From contig CAVXEP010000010.1 in assembly GCA_963760795.1 (NCBI GenBank), positions 1 through 64,000 of the forward strand: DNA of 64,000 nucleotides, read 5' to 3'. The translations under genes were made by a program, and so were the position numbers. This stretch comes from an uncultured delta proteobacterium. Its GTDB lineage: Bacteria > Desulfobacterota > Binatia > UBA9968. Positions 18,324 through 30,613 of this stretch are shown here, piece after piece (within the stretch, counting starts at the first letter, position 1; every line of letters begins with the position of its first letter). The notes beneath the pieces were generated by a model. The model was not told where the DNA came from, searched no databases, and worked only from the letters and a program-made list of their open reading frames with translations.

Positions 18324-20579
18324 TCATATCAGTCCCCACTTCCTCCTCATCCACCATTCGACGCTAAGCAACGCCAGGACGATCGCGAAGGGCCACAGCG
18401 TGCTCCACAGCCGGGTTTGGCGCTGCTCGACCAGCTGCGATGGCGCGATGGTTTCGAGCTTGGCGGCGATCTTTTCAAGCGCTTTGTCGTTCCAGTCGTT
18501 GATCGAAAAGTATTCGCCTTTGCTGTTCTCAGCGATCTGCTTCAACAGATCGAGGCGTGGCAGGCCGTCGTCGGTTTCGCCGTAGGCAAACGCGGCGGTG
18601 AAACTGCCGCGGTCTTTGCCGAGCACTTTGCCGCCCAAGCTTGCTTCCGCCTCGACGCGGTGGGTGCCCTCTTTGGTCGGAATGAATTCGCCGGTGTATT
18701 CGCCTTCCTCGCTGTCGGCGCTGGCGGCGACCACCGTCGGTTCGCCTTCGGGGCCGAAGACGCGCAGTTGCACGGCCGCTTGGCGCGTCGGCGTGAAGTC
18801 ATCTTTCAGCACTTTCAATTTGATCTGGCTCTTCTCGCCCGGCTGCACCGCTGCGATCGGACGCAGCTGCACCTGTTCGAAGGACGGCTCCTGGGCGAGC
18901 CAGCGCACCGCTTGACGCACGAGCTTTAAATGACTTTGCGGCGTTTCTTTATTGCCGACGGCGATGAAGTTCCAACGCCAGGCGTCGTCGCTCATGAGCG
19001 CCAGCGTGCGCCCCTTGCCGAAGCGGCCGATGGTGAGGAGTGGTGCGCCGCCGCTTTCGGCGCTACTGGCGATCAAAGTCTCGCCGCGGGCGGCGCGCAC
19101 CTGATTCATGCCGGTGAGCGCCGGCATCTTGCTCCAGGCTTCTTCGTTGGTTTTGGGATCGGGCAGCAAGCGGGTGATCGGATGGGCCTTGCCCGCGGCG
19201 GTAAGCGCAAAGTTAACCGCGGCCGGCGCTTGAAAACTACCTTTGCCGTCCAGCTCAACCGGCAACGCTTCTTTCAACGCGCTTTCGCCGTAACCGCCGG
19301 CATCAAAGGAGCGCGGACCGCCGAACATCGCCAGGCCGCCGCCGTCGCGGACGAAATCCCGCACCCGTTCCAAATAAGACGGGTTGAAGTAGGCGCGATG
19401 AGAAAAGTCGTCGAAGAAAATCACGTCGAAGTTTTTCAACTCTTCGAGAAAAATATCGTCGATGGGAAATGGAATTAAACTCAACTGGCTCTCGGGCACG
19501 TCGACGGTGTCGGTGGGCGTGCGCAGAAACACGAAGGAAACCAGCTCGATCAACGGATCTTGCTTCATCGCCATGCGTAGAAATCGGTAATTCCAAGCCG
19601 GCGAGCCGGACAACGTCAGGACACGAATCTTGTCGCGCTGGACGTCGACTTTGAACTCTTTGCTGTTGTTCTGGGTAATTTGCTCGCCGGCCTGGGCCGG
19701 TATATTCACGGAAAACCCATGAGTGCCAAGATCCTTGGGCGTGAAGGCGAGGGTGATTTTCTGCTCGAACAGATCGGCGTCGACGGCTAGTGTGCGGGTG
19801 GTGACAATATTTTTGCCGCGGTTGAAGAACAGCGGCATCGACTTGCCTTTCATGCCCGAGGCTTGGATCGTCAAGTCGATCTTGAACTCGCGGCCGCGAA
19901 AGGCGAACTCCGGCGCGCCGACCTTGGCGATGCGCACATCGGTGAAGCCTTCGGCCTCGCCGACGCCGACGGCGAAAACCGGCACGGTTAGCGCCGGGCC
20001 GCCATCTAAGTTTTTCTTATCGCCATTGGTAATGCCATCGGTGAAAACCACCACGGCCGATGCCGAGGCGCTGTCGCGCGCCGTGGTTTGCAGCAATTCC
20101 AACAGTCTCGTACCGGGATCTTGGGGCTTCAAACCGGCAAGGCTGGCGGTCGACATCGGTTCGAGGCCGGTGCCAAGGCGAATCAGCTTGAGATCGTAGT
20201 CACGATTGAGTTTTTGCAGAATCGAGCCGTTTGCGCCCGAATCAAGTTTATCGCGCACAAGATCGAGACGGCTCTTGGCGTTCTTGTCCCCCGGCGCGCT
20301 CTTGGCGCTGGCCGGAAAGCCCATGCTCTGGGAACTGTCGATCAGCACCGTCAGCGGCCGGCGCAACTTGGTCACGCGCTTGTCGATCAACGCCGGGCCG
20401 AGGAGAAAAAAGATCAGCACGGCGTAAACCAACGCGCGCAGCGCGGTGAGAATGCCGCTCTGACCGATGGGCAGACGTTTTTTTAGGCCGAAAAACTGGT
20501 GCAGCAGCAGCGCCGCGGTGGCGACGCCGATGAGCGCCACCAACCAGCCCGGCAAAGAACCGATGAGGTATAAGATCAT
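18324..20579 (-). CDS. Membrane-anchored vWA plus glutamine amidotransferase-like (DUF1355-type) protein
   Basis: 2 N-terminal TM, DSSQSM MIDAS, FTDG, FVRDGGGLAMFGG, GKGR, C-terminal TM EWWMRRKWGL. Confidence 0.8.
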   Translation of the reverse strand: MILYLIGSLPGWLVALIGVATAALLLHQFFGLKKRLPIGQSGILTALRALVYAVLIFFLLGPALIDKRVTKLRRPLTVLIDSSQSMGFPASAKSAPGDKNAKSRLDLVRDKLDSGANGSILQKLNRDYDLKLIRLGTGLEPMSTASLAGLKPQDPGTRLLELLQTTARDSASASAVVVFTDGITNGDKKNLDGGPALTVPVFAVGVGEAEGFTDVRIAKVGAPEFAFRGREFKIDLTIQASGMKGKSMPLFFNRGKNIVTTRTLAVDADLFEQKITLAFTPKDLGTHGFSVNIPAQAGEQITQNNSKEFKVDVQRDKIRVLTLSGSPAWNYRFLRMAMKQDPLIELVSFVFLRTPTDTVDVPESQLSLIPFPIDDIFLEELKNFDVIFFDDFSHRAYFNPSYLERVRDFVRDGGGLAMFGGPRSFDAGGYGESALKEALPVELDGKGSFQAPAAVNFALTAAGKAHPITRLLPDPKTNEEAWSKMPALTGMNQVRAARGETLIASSAESGGAPLLTIGRFGKGRTLALMSDDAWRWNFIAVGNKETPQSHLKLVRQAVRWLAQEPSFEQVQLRPIAAVQPGEKSQIKLKVLKDDFTPTRQAAVQLRVFGPEGEPTVVAASADSEEGEYTGEFIPTKEGTHRVEAEASLGGKVLGKDRGSFTAAFAYGETDDGLPRLDLLKQIAENSKGEYFSINDWNDKALEKIAAKLETIAPSQLVEQRQTRLWSTLWPFAIVLALLSVEWWMRRKWGLI

Positions 20580-20586
20580 TCATGGT

Positions 20587-21357
20587 TTACCGGGTGAGCC
20601 GCTTGCGGATGAACGGCACATGGATGAGATCGTCTTTGTAGTTCTCGGTCATGGCATACAGAATAAGATTAATGCCCAAGTGAAACGCATCGCGCCGCTG
20701 CGGCTCGCCGCCGGGGGTGCAGGCGTTGGTCCACTTGCCGACTTGATCGCGCTCCCAGGCGGCACACAGGCCGTTCTGGCAATAGATCACCGGCGTCGCG
20801 TTGCCGAGGGTAATGCCTTCAAGGGCCGGGCTGACGATGCGCACGCCGCCGATACTACGCATTAAGTAATAGCTGCGCAGGGCGGCGTGGCCGGCGGGCA
20901 TGCGTTTGAACTCATTGCCGGGAAATACCCGGAGCATTTCGCGGCGCACCGCTTTATCGAAGCCGTAGCCCTGTTGGCCAAGAGCGTCGTCGATCAGCAT
21001 GAAGCCGCCGTAGGTGAGAAAGCGGCGCAAGACATCGATCTCCTCCTGGGTAAACGGATCGAATTCGTATTTGCCGGTGAGATAGAGAAACGGGTAGTTG
21101 AACAGATCGCGGTCGGTCAAGCTGGCTTCATGGCGCGCCGTCGCCGCTTCGACGCTGGTGCGCGCCATCAGTTCTTCCATCAGCGGCGTCACCGACAACG
21201 GATGCGGATTCCAATCGCCGCCGCGATATTTGACCTGGGCGAAGACGAACTGCAGCCGGCGCTTGTCGGCGGGTTGAGCGGCGGAGGCGAGCGTCGGCAG
21301 AAGTGTCGTACCAACGAGCCCCTGGGTTAGTAATTGGATAAATTTGCGGCGACGCAT
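20587..21357 (-). CDS. DUF4159 domain protein with a Tat signal
   Basis: RRRKFI Tat-like motif; GGDWN, YPFLYLTG, GGFMLIDD, GINLILYAMT. Confidence 0.85.
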   Translation of the reverse strand: MRRRKFIQLLTQGLVGTTLLPTLASAAQPADKRRLQFVFAQVKYRGGDWNPHPLSVTPLMEELMARTSVEAATARHEASLTDRDLFNYPFLYLTGKYEFDPFTQEEIDVLRRFLTYGGFMLIDDALGQQGYGFDKAVRREMLRVFPGNEFKRMPAGHAALRSYYLMRSIGGVRIVSPALEGITLGNATPVIYCQNGLCAAWERDQVGKWTNACTPGGEPQRRDAFHLGINLILYAMTENYKDDLIHVPFIRKRLTR

Positions 21358-21373
21358 AGGTCTGATTACTTGT

Positions 21374-21492
21374 TAAAGTCAAAAACTTTCATTGCATAGC
21401 GCAGAACGCAACATGCACAGGGCAAAAATTCGAACGCGGTTCCGATTCTGCCAATTTGACTTTGACATTTTGCATTATTCACTTTGCATTCT
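21374..21492. repeat. Degenerate heptamer-periodic inverted repeat (TTTGCAT-type)
   Basis: GCAGAAC GCAACAT GCACAGG GCAAAA ... TTTGACT TTGACAT TTTGCAT ... TTTGCAT. Confidence 0.5.
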
Positions 21493-23580
21493 CTAGAACC
21501 GCTGCCCTAGCCAGCCCTCGAATAGCAACGTGACCATCAGCATTGCCAGCAACGGCAGCGCCAGGTCGACGCGCTTGCCGCCGTCTTTGAGTTGCTCAAA
21601 ATCGAGCACTTCGGTGCGGATCGGTTTTAGTTTACCGGCGAGTTCGGCGGCGCCGATCTCGTCGAGGCGCGATTCCAAAAACGGCGCATTGACGGCGTAG
21701 AGCTGCGGCGCGCCGCTGTCTTTGTCGCCGCCGGCGGTCAACGATAGCCGGTAGATGCCGACCTTGTCATTCTCCTCCACGGTCGCCATGGCGCGCTCTT
21801 TGGCGCCGACGATGGCGACTTCGGTGTTTTGCTTGTCGGGCTTGGTGACGCGCAGATTGCGCCCGACGAAGTTGGCGGGGAACGACAATTCTTTGCTGGC
21901 GCCGACGGCGATGCCGGCGTCCAGGTTGCCGCGCTTGCCGCCGGCGAGATATTGCGTCAGCGATTGAATCAGCGGTAAGAAGACCGTTTTCACCGGCAGA
22001 TCACTCCAATCGCGGTCGGCGCTTGTCGTCATCAACATCACTTTGCCGGCGCCGACCTTCTGTTCGAGCAGCAGCGGATCGCCGTTGGCGAGAGCAATGA
22101 GCGGCTTGCCGGCGGCGCGCTGATATCCCCACACGCGCACGGTCTTGAGCGATTCTTGCAAAATACTGTCGGCAAGATTTTGCAGCGCCGGATGATTGAG
22201 ATCGACCTTGTCGATCTTCTCGCCGCCGGATTCCGGACCGGTTTTTTTCTCGCGCAATTGCGCCGGCAACGCAGCCCCAAGTTTTTGATTGTAACTATCG
22301 GCTGATAATTTATCGCCGGCGAAAATCAATAGGCCGCCGCCTTGGCGCAGATAGTTTTGCAATTTTGTGACAAAGCCGTCGGCGAGGGTCGCCAGGTTGG
22401 ACAGAATGACGACCTGGTAGTTATCGAGGTTCGCGGCGTTGAGGCCGTCGGGCAAAACGACTGTCGGCAAGAACAGTGACGAGTCGCGCTCGCCGGCAGG
22501 GTTAAGCGCACGGGTGAGGAAAAACGTTTCGCTCTGAACTAGAGAAGTTTGCGGATCACCGTCGACCAGAAGTATTCTCAACTTGTCCTGTGCGTCGAGA
22601 GCGAAATGCGCGACTGAATTGCCGGCGAAGCCGTCTTTCTTGAGCGTGATTTGACCGGCATGGGCGCCGGCCTGGCCGATGCGGGTTTGAAAAGTAACTG
22701 AAGTCTCACCCTTTGCCGGAATGGTCGTGAGCTTCTGCTCTTTGCTCTGCCCGTCGATGGAGAGCTGCACCAGCAGCTCCTTAATTTCCATCCCGCCGAA
22801 GTTTGCCACCGTCGCTTCGATCTGCAGCGGCAGGTTGACGCCGACGCCTTGGCCGCCGAGGCGGATTTCTTTGACGGCTCCGTTGAGCGGCTGCTGTTTT
22901 CTGCCGATGCGGATAACTTTCAACGGGATCGACGGGTCGGCCTGTTTCAGCGCGGCGACGGAGAATTGATCCCAGCCGGTGAGCGCCATGTCGGTGATGA
23001 TGCGGATTTCTTTCTGCCCCGCCGGTTGGTTGAGCAGCTCATAAGCTTTGCTCAACGCGGCCGGGAGATTGGCTGTGCCGTCGGCGATTTCACTGGCGGC
23101 AATTTCTTTTTGCAGCACGTCTTTTTGATCTTTCAGGCGAAAGCTTTCCTTGCCGCTGATGCTGGTTGGAATCACCGCGGCGCGGTCGCCGTCGTTCAAA
23201 TTCGCTATGAGCAGACTCGCCGCATCTTTCGCTTGTTTGAAACCGTTGCCGTCGCCGGACCAGGTCATGCTCAGCGAATTATCCAAGATGACGACCAGCG
23301 ACACCGGACCGCCGCCAGCGAACAGGCCGGCGCCGGTTTGGAAGATCGGATTGGCGAGCAAGAGCGCCAGACAAATCACCGCCAGTGTCCGCAACGCCAA
23401 CAGCAGCCAGTGGCGCAAGCGGTAACTGCGCGAAATGCGTTTTTGTGACAGCAGGATAAAGCGTACGGCGGGAAAGCGGATGCGCTTCAAACGGCGCCGA
23501 TTGAGCAAGTGAATCAACACCGGCAGCGACGCCGCGGCCAGGCCGAAGAGAAACAACGGGTAGAGAAAAAACACCGACAT
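21493..23580 (-). CDS. BatA N-terminal double-TM plus vWA domain protein
   Basis: PVLIHLLNRRR...FPAVRF, LLLALRTL, DNSLSM, C-terminal TM. Confidence 0.88.
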   Translation of the reverse strand: MSVFFLYPLFLFGLAAASLPVLIHLLNRRRLKRIRFPAVRFILLSQKRISRSYRLRHWLLLALRTLAVICLALLLANPIFQTGAGLFAGGGPVSLVVILDNSLSMTWSGDGNGFKQAKDAASLLIANLNDGDRAAVIPTSISGKESFRLKDQKDVLQKEIAASEIADGTANLPAALSKAYELLNQPAGQKEIRIITDMALTGWDQFSVAALKQADPSIPLKVIRIGRKQQPLNGAVKEIRLGGQGVGVNLPLQIEATVANFGGMEIKELLVQLSIDGQSKEQKLTTIPAKGETSVTFQTRIGQAGAHAGQITLKKDGFAGNSVAHFALDAQDKLRILLVDGDPQTSLVQSETFFLTRALNPAGERDSSLFLPTVVLPDGLNAANLDNYQVVILSNLATLADGFVTKLQNYLRQGGGLLIFAGDKLSADSYNQKLGAALPAQLREKKTGPESGGEKIDKVDLNHPALQNLADSILQESLKTVRVWGYQRAAGKPLIALANGDPLLLEQKVGAGKVMLMTTSADRDWSDLPVKTVFLPLIQSLTQYLAGGKRGNLDAGIAVGASKELSFPANFVGRNLRVTKPDKQNTEVAIVGAKERAMATVEENDKVGIYRLSLTAGGDKDSGAPQLYAVNAPFLESRLDEIGAAELAGKLKPIRTEVLDFEQLKDGGKRVDLALPLLAMLMVTLLFEGWLGQRF

Positions 23581-23587
23581 GCCAGCC

Positions 23588-24477
23588 CTAACCTCTCCAG
23601 CTCAAATAGCTCGCCAGCGCCTGATCCAGCGGTGTGGCGGTGGAGATCAATTGATAGTCGATGGCGCTGTCGTGGCACTGCTTGCGCATGTCGTTGACGA
23701 ACTCTTGGACGACTTCTTTGTAGGTGGCGCGAATGGCGCGCGGGTCGGCGATCACTTGCAGATTGGCGGTTTCCAAATCTTCAAACAAGATATTGCCGTC
23801 GAAGGGCAGATCGAGCTCGGCCTGGTCGAGCAGGTGAAAGACGATGACATCGTTGCCCTTGAAACGGAATTGGCGCAGTCCTTTGATAATCTGCTCGGGT
23901 TCGTCGAGCAAATCGGAAATTAAAACAATCAAACCGCGCCGGCGAATTTGCCCGGCCAACTCCTCGAGAATTTTCGCGACATTGGTTTCCCCCGCCGGGC
24001 CGCGATTTTCCAGGGCGTGGATAATTTGCAATAAATAGTCGCGCTTGGAGCGCGGCGGGATGAACGATTCGATCTTGTTCGAGAAAGTTATGACGCCGGC
24101 GGCGTCCTGCTGCTTCAAAACCAAATATGCCAGCGATGCGGTGAGGGTGCAGGCATAGTCGAACTTGGTGATGCCGTCCGAGGCGTAGTTCATCGACGCG
24201 CTGCCGTCGACCAGCAGGTAGGCGCGCAGATTGGTCTCGTCCTCGTACTCCTTAATCATGTAGCGGTCGAACTTGCCGAGCGCCTTCCAGTCGATGCGGC
24301 GGATCTCGTCCCCCGGCGAATACTCGCGGTGCTCTTCGAACTCGACGCTGAAGCCTTTGGCGCGGCTCTTGTGGACGCCGGACAACAGCCCTTCGACCAC
24401 CCAACGCGCGCGCAGGGCGAGATTGGCGATGCCCGCCAGGACTTTAGGGTCGAAGTAATTTTTATCGTCGTGGCCAT
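23588..24477 (-). CDS. DUF58 protein (one indel near the 5' end)
   Basis: GVHKS, GFSVEFEEHREYSPGDEIRRIDWK, DGSASM, ISDL; YFDPKVLA segment is out of frame with the ATG at 24477. Confidence 0.9.
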
Positions 24478-24554
24478 GATGGCAGATTACTCGTCGAGGA
24501 CCGTGAATGGCAAATTGCCGACGGCCATTTTTAATTCTTCAGTTCTCTGCCACG

Positions 24555-24636
24555 GCAATTCCAAATTACAAATTCCAGATTCCAGATTCAAAGAATTCCG
24601 CCAATTGGAATTTGGAATCTGTAATTTGCAATTTGC
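24555..24636. repeat. Heptamer-periodic palindrome (AATTCCA-type units)
   Basis: AATTCCA AATTACA AATTCCA GATTCCA GATTCAA ... TTGGAAT TTGGAAT CTGTAAT TTGCAAT. Confidence 0.85.
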
Positions 24637-24645
24637 GGCGCGGCG

Positions 24646-25673
<1,028 letters not shown>

Positions 25674-25699
25674 GGTTGTTACGATTCTTCCTTTGCAAA

Positions 25700-27285
25700 T
25701 TAATTGGCGCGCGCGAGGCTGTCCAGGGTGGTTTTAGCCTGGCGCGCCTTTTCGGCGTCCCCCAGGGCAGCGTAAACTTCGGTGAGTAAACGATAGATCA
25801 GCGGATGAAACGGATTCAATTGGATCGCTTCTTCGAGGATGGTGCGAGCTTCCTTGAAGTTTTTCGCCAAGTGGTAACCGCGCCCCAATTGCACGTAGGT
25901 GTTGGAGCTGTCCGGATCGATGTCGAGGGCTTTCTTCAAGAGCGATCAAGGCCTCTTCGGCGCGGTTTTGTTCGATCATAACGCGGCCGAGTTTGTTCAA
26001 GATCACCGGCGACTGCGGGCTCGCTTGCAAGGCGCGCTGGTATTCGCTGAGAGCCGCCGCCGGGCGGCCCTTGGCGAGCATCTGGTCGGCGAGATGCGTG
26101 CGGTTGCGCGCGATCGCGGATTGAATCTCGCGCAGCTCGACCACTTCTTCATCTTCGCGCTGGTCTTTTTTGACCCGTAACCGGCGCACCCGCGTGCCTT
26201 CGATGGGCTTCAATCCCTTGGCCTTGAGAAACGCCTTCCACTTGGTTTCAAAGGCATCGAAGGCCATGCCGTAGACTTTTTCCACCGCTTCGGGCGTCGG
26301 TCTGTCTTTGAGGGTGGCGAGCAGCTCGCGCACGCCGACCTTGCCCTTGCTCTGATTGATAAAGTCGACCGCGGAAGCGGCTTCGGCGTAGGCCAGCTGC
26401 ACTTGTTCCGGCGTGTCTAAATGAATCAGCGACGGTTCCATTTTTTTAAAACCGACGAATTGATTTTTCTCCAGCGCCTGCACCAGCAAGGTCTGATTGG
26501 CCGGTGTGAGATAGTCTTCATGCGCCTCTTTGGCCGGTGCCGGCTTACGCCAGCGGGTTTCATAAAAGCGCGCCATGCCCTCGTGCAGCCAGATCGGCGC
26601 TTGGTTGTTCGATAAGGAGACGATGACGTAGTGCAGATACTCGTGGCTCAGCGAATCGACCCAGCGGTAGCCGAAGCTCAGCGCCCGCGGCGAGATGATC
26701 ATCAGTTTATTGAACTTGCAGATGCCGACGGCGCCGGTCTCCTCTATGTCGCGCAAGGACAGAGTCGAGATCGCGTTAAAACTCGTCGCCTCCGGCGCCA
26801 CTTCGACGCGGACCTTTTCCTTGGGAAAGTAGCCGAGCTCGGCGCCGATGGCTTCGTAGGTTTTTTCCAAGGCATCCAAGTGCGTGGGGCACCAGGATGG
26901 CGTCGCGCTTGTCGTCGACGAAGAGAATGAAATGAGCGCTCTCGTGGCGTTTGAACGACTTATGAACGTCGAGAGTGAGCTGGGTGAGCAGCTTCATCGC
27001 CTGGCGCCGCGGATCCTTCGAATCAACCGCCAGGGCGCGGTCGAGAACGGTCAGCGCTTCTTGATAGCGGCCTTGGTAAAATTTAATCCGGCCGTCGAAC
27101 TCCAGCGCGGTGGCTGACTTGGGATTATCCTTGAGCGCCTTGGCGGCGATGGCCTCGGCTTCCGGGAAACGCCAGGCTTCGAGAATGTCTTCGCCGGCTT
27201 TGAATTCCCGTTCGGCCTCGGCGGCGCAGAGCGCCCCGGCCCATAGGCAAACGAAAATGAGAAACGGCGCGATTCGATACATCAA
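25700..27285 (-). CDS. Exported TPR plus peptidase MA-like (HExxH) protein (frameshifts near 26880 and 25940)
   Basis: Signal peptide, TPRs at both ends, SHEYLH and PIWLHEGMA gluzincin-type motifs; three consecutive ORF pieces. Confidence 0.8.
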
Positions 27286-27292
27286 GCGGCGA

Positions 27293-30200
27293 TCACTCGG
27301 AAAGATTTTTGAAATAGCGCTCGATCTGCTCTTTCATCTGCCGAGGCACGCCCTGCTTGAGAGAGTCGAGAATTTCTTCGCGGAAGTTGCGCGGTGCTTT
27401 GTACTCTTCTTTGCCGGGCAGGCGAAACTTTTCCGTGTCGAGCCCGGTGAAACCTTGTTCAAAGTCGAACTCGGGGAATTGCGGCATGCCCGGCAGCGGC
27501 GTCAGGCTGCCGAACGGCATGAAGCGCCCAGGTCCGCCCTGGCGGAACAGCCTGGTCATCGGCATGTTGCCCATCTGGCCGCGCTGGGCCATCTGCTGCA
27601 TGGACTGCTGCATCTGCTGCTGCGCTTGACCCAACCGTTCCAATGCCAGGCGCTCCGGCGGCACTGCGCCGCGGGAGTCGAGCTGGCCGAGGCGGCCCTG
27701 AGCACTGCCCATCGCCTGGCCGGCTTCGCCGATGCCCTGAACGATCTTGGGATCGAGCTGGGGGAAAAGTTGAAACAGTGATTCCAGCTTTTCATGCAGC
27801 GAATCGGTTCGCTCCTTCAAAACATCTTCGCGCTGGGCCAACTCGCGCAGGGCGCGTTTGTCGGCGTCGCTCAAGGCTTGCGCCGGTTCGTTGAGCAGTT
27901 TTTCCAGTTCATTTTTAATATCGCCGATGCTCTTGTCGGCCCGCTGGGCTTTGGGCTCCTGCACCGGCGTGCGCTTTTTCGCCAGTTCCTTGCGGATATA
28001 GCCGTCGCCTTCGTTGAAGCCGGGAAAGTCCTTCTGGCTCAGCTTGGCGATCAAGTTGCGCAACAGCGCGTTCATGGTGGCGTCGTCCAGATTGGTGAGC
28101 AGGTTGGGATCGTCGGGCCCCTCGCGGTCGGGAAACAGCTCCGTGAGTTTGCCCAACTCGGCGATGGAACGCGCCAGGAATTGTTCCAACTTTGACTTTA
28201 GCGCGGCGTCCCGTTCGGTGAGGCCGGCGCTATTAAGATTCTCGGTCTTGACCAAAATTTCCTGCTGCTCGCGGGCGATCTCTTGGAGCTCGTTGGTCTG
28301 GCGCTGCATTTCGCCCTGCATGCGTCCCATGCTCGAGGCCATTTGCGAGCGCTGCATGTTCTGCATCGCCGCGACCATTTGCGCCATTTGATTGAACAGC
28401 TCGCGCGCCAACTGGCGCGCCCCCTCGATGTCGCCGGCCTGAAGTTTTTTGCGGATCTCGTCGAGGCCCTTGAACATCTCGTCCATGCCGAGGCCCTGCA
28501 TCTGCTCGGCATTCATGAAATCGTCGGGCATCTGCTGCGCCAGTTGCGCCATCGCCTGCTGCAACTCCATCAGCGATTTTGCCAGATCGGCGATCTGCTT
28601 CATGATCGCGTCGAGATTCTTGTCGCCGCTTTGCAGCTTGTCGAGGGAGTCCATCAGGCGCTCTTGGTTGCGCGCCAGATCCTGCGCCGTCGAAGCGAGC
28701 TCCTGGGCTTTCATGCGCTTGCCGATGTCCTCGGACAACAGCGACATGCGCTCGAGCTCGGATGATATCTCGTCGCGGGCTTTTAGTTTGTCGTCGGTGT
28801 TGGCGGCTTGCTCCTGTTTGCGCAAGAGTTCCTCTTGGGTGAATTCCAAGTTGCGCTTGAGCGCTTGGAGATCCGAATAGGTGGCAAAATCCGTCATGCG
28901 GTCTTTTTCCGTCCGGCGCATGATCTCTTCGGTGCGCTTGGCGGCGTCGGCCAAGTTTTGTTCGAAGCGCTGTTCCAACTCTTTTGACTGAGCCGTAGGC
29001 TTTTCGCCCGGATTCGGCGTTTCCAGATGATCGGCCAGCAGATTCATCATCCGCGTGTTCAAGTCCTTGACCATCTCGGCGATCTGCTGGTGCTCGCCTT
29101 TCAAATTCTTGAGCTTCAAGCGGATTGTCTTCGAGGTGCCCAGTTTTGGACCGGAGATGGTGTCGTTGTCGAAAACTTGCAGGAAAAACAGCGCTTCGTC
29201 TTGGTCACGCAAACCGAGTCGGCCCAAATCCATCTTATATTGATCGCGCAGGATCAGCCGCTTCGAATCGTCCCTGGCGAGACGAATCTTATCTTCGCGC
29301 TCGCCAATCTTGACGATCAGATTGATCTCACCGATGCCGAAATCGTCGCGCGCGCTGTACTCTAAATTCAAAACTTCGTCGCCGTTGATCTCCAAATCTT
29401 CGGTGGGCCGAAGCAGATCGACGGTGGGGAAGCCGTCGGGCTTGACGCGCAATTCATAGCTAATCGGCGAGTTTTTAAAGCCATGGCTATCTTCTACCAG
29501 TATGCGGTAGGACTGCGACTGGAACAGCACCAGATTCGCTTGTAGCTTCCGGCCATCGATCTTGAGCGGGATCTTCTTGCCGTCGTCCATGACGATCTCG
29601 GCCTTGACGACATCCTTGGTCGTGACCGCATCGAGGCGAAGCGAAGAACCCTTGAGCCCTTCGATGCTGCCTTCCGGCGACGTGGTCGACGCGAGACCCG
29701 TGTAGGCCGGTGGATAGAGCATAAGTTGGATATTGGCGATCTCCGGCGTGTCCACCGCCTCGGCGGTGAAGGTGGCCGAAGTGAAGGCGCCGGTCACCAC
29801 GCGGTAGCGCAGGGTTTTGTCGAGGCGGGCGATTTTCGAGCTGAACTTGCCGCCGCCGAGATTTTCCATGGCGGTCTTTTCCTGGCCGATGAGCTCGCCT
29901 TTGGCATTGGTGCCTTGCCAGGTGATCAATTCCACAGACTGCGGCAGCGCACCGGCGGTGGCGGCCTGGATCGTCACCGGGCTACCGCGCACGACACGCA
30001 TGCCCTTGGGTTCAACTTCAATGGTTGTCTGACTCGGTGGCAGATGGTCCAGCGGGTTCGCCAACATATTCAATGTCCCACCGACCCAGGACGGATTGAG
30101 AAATACCATCGCCAACACCGGCAGAATGAGAAAAGCGAGCAGCCTGGCACTGGAACGAATCCGGCTGTGATCGAGCAGTTCGTCAATTTTCAGCGCCGCC

Positions 30201-30613
30201 ACCTGCTTGCGGGTCGCGCGCAAGAGCGCAAACACCATGGTCGCCGAGAAGCCGGGAGTATTCTTCGCCTCAGCGACCTGGGGATAGAGTTGCAGCGAGT
30301 TAATCAGATTGTTGCGCAGTTTGGGCTGCTGCTGTTCGATAAAAAGCGCGGCTCGTTCTTGCGATAGACGGCCGAGGAAACGAAACGCGGTCCAACCGAT
30401 GGCGGCGAGAAGAACTATGCCGGTTAAAATGGAGTAGACCAGCGGCGCGTAGGGCAAGAGTTGGCGCAGTTGGTAGATGCCGAGACCGGCAGCAAACAAC
30501 AGCACGGCGCAAATCGCCGTGAGGCAGATTCCCTCGATCCCTTGGAGCAGCTTGAAGCGCCGGCTGAAGCGCTTCAGGAACGAGGAAAGCTCTTGATATT
30601 CTTCCTGTCCCAT
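27293..30613 (-). CDS. DUF4175-like membrane-anchored long coiled-coil protein
   Basis: N-terminal TMs, LRNNLINSLQL, beta-rich middle with ARDDFGI, Q/M/E-rich coil, C-terminal IERYFKNL. Confidence 0.75.
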   Translation of the reverse strand: MGQEEYQELSSFLKRFSRRFKLLQGIEGICLTAICAVLLFAAGLGIYQLRQLLPYAPLVYSILTGIVLLAAIGWTAFRFLGRLSQERAALFIEQQQPKLRNNLINSLQLYPQVAEAKNTPGFSATMVFALLRATRKQVAALKIDELLDHSRIRSSARLLAFLILPVLAMVFLNPSWVGGTLNMLANPLDHLPPSQTTIEVEPKGMRVVRGSPVTIQAATAGALPQSVELITWQGTNAKGELIGQEKTAMENLGGGKFSSKIARLDKTLRYRVVTGAFTSATFTAEAVDTPEIANIQLMLYPPAYTGLASTTSPEGSIEGLKGSSLRLDAVTTKDVVKAEIVMDDGKKIPLKIDGRKLQANLVLFQSQSYRILVEDSHGFKNSPISYELRVKPDGFPTVDLLRPTEDLEINGDEVLNLEYSARDDFGIGEINLIVKIGEREDKIRLARDDSKRLILRDQYKMDLGRLGLRDQDEALFFLQVFDNDTISGPKLGTSKTIRLKLKNLKGEHQQIAEMVKDLNTRMMNLLADHLETPNPGEKPTAQSKELEQRFEQNLADAAKRTEEIMRRTEKDRMTDFATYSDLQALKRNLEFTQEELLRKQEQAANTDDKLKARDEISSELERMSLLSEDIGKRMKAQELASTAQDLARNQERLMDSLDKLQSGDKNLDAIMKQIADLAKSLMELQQAMAQLAQQMPDDFMNAEQMQGLGMDEMFKGLDEIRKKLQAGDIEGARQLARELFNQMAQMVAAMQNMQRSQMASSMGRMQGEMQRQTNELQEIAREQQEILVKTENLNSAGLTERDAALKSKLEQFLARSIAELGKLTELFPDREGPDDPNLLTNLDDATMNALLRNLIAKLSQKDFPGFNEGDGYIRKELAKKRTPVQEPKAQRADKSIGDIKNELEKLLNEPAQALSDADKRALRELAQREDVLKERTDSLHEKLESLFQLFPQLDPKIVQGIGEAGQAMGSAQGRLGQLDSRGAVPPERLALERLGQAQQQMQQSMQQMAQRGQMGNMPMTRLFRQGGPGRFMPFGSLTPLPGMPQFPEFDFEQGFTGLDTEKFRLPGKEEYKAPRNFREEILDSLKQGVPRQMKEQIERYFKNLSE

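Noticed and set aside
24555-24636. CRISPR array from the short repeats here and at 9.6 and 61.1 kb
   Set aside because: Units are 7 nt, tandem and inverted, with no unique spacers and no cas genes
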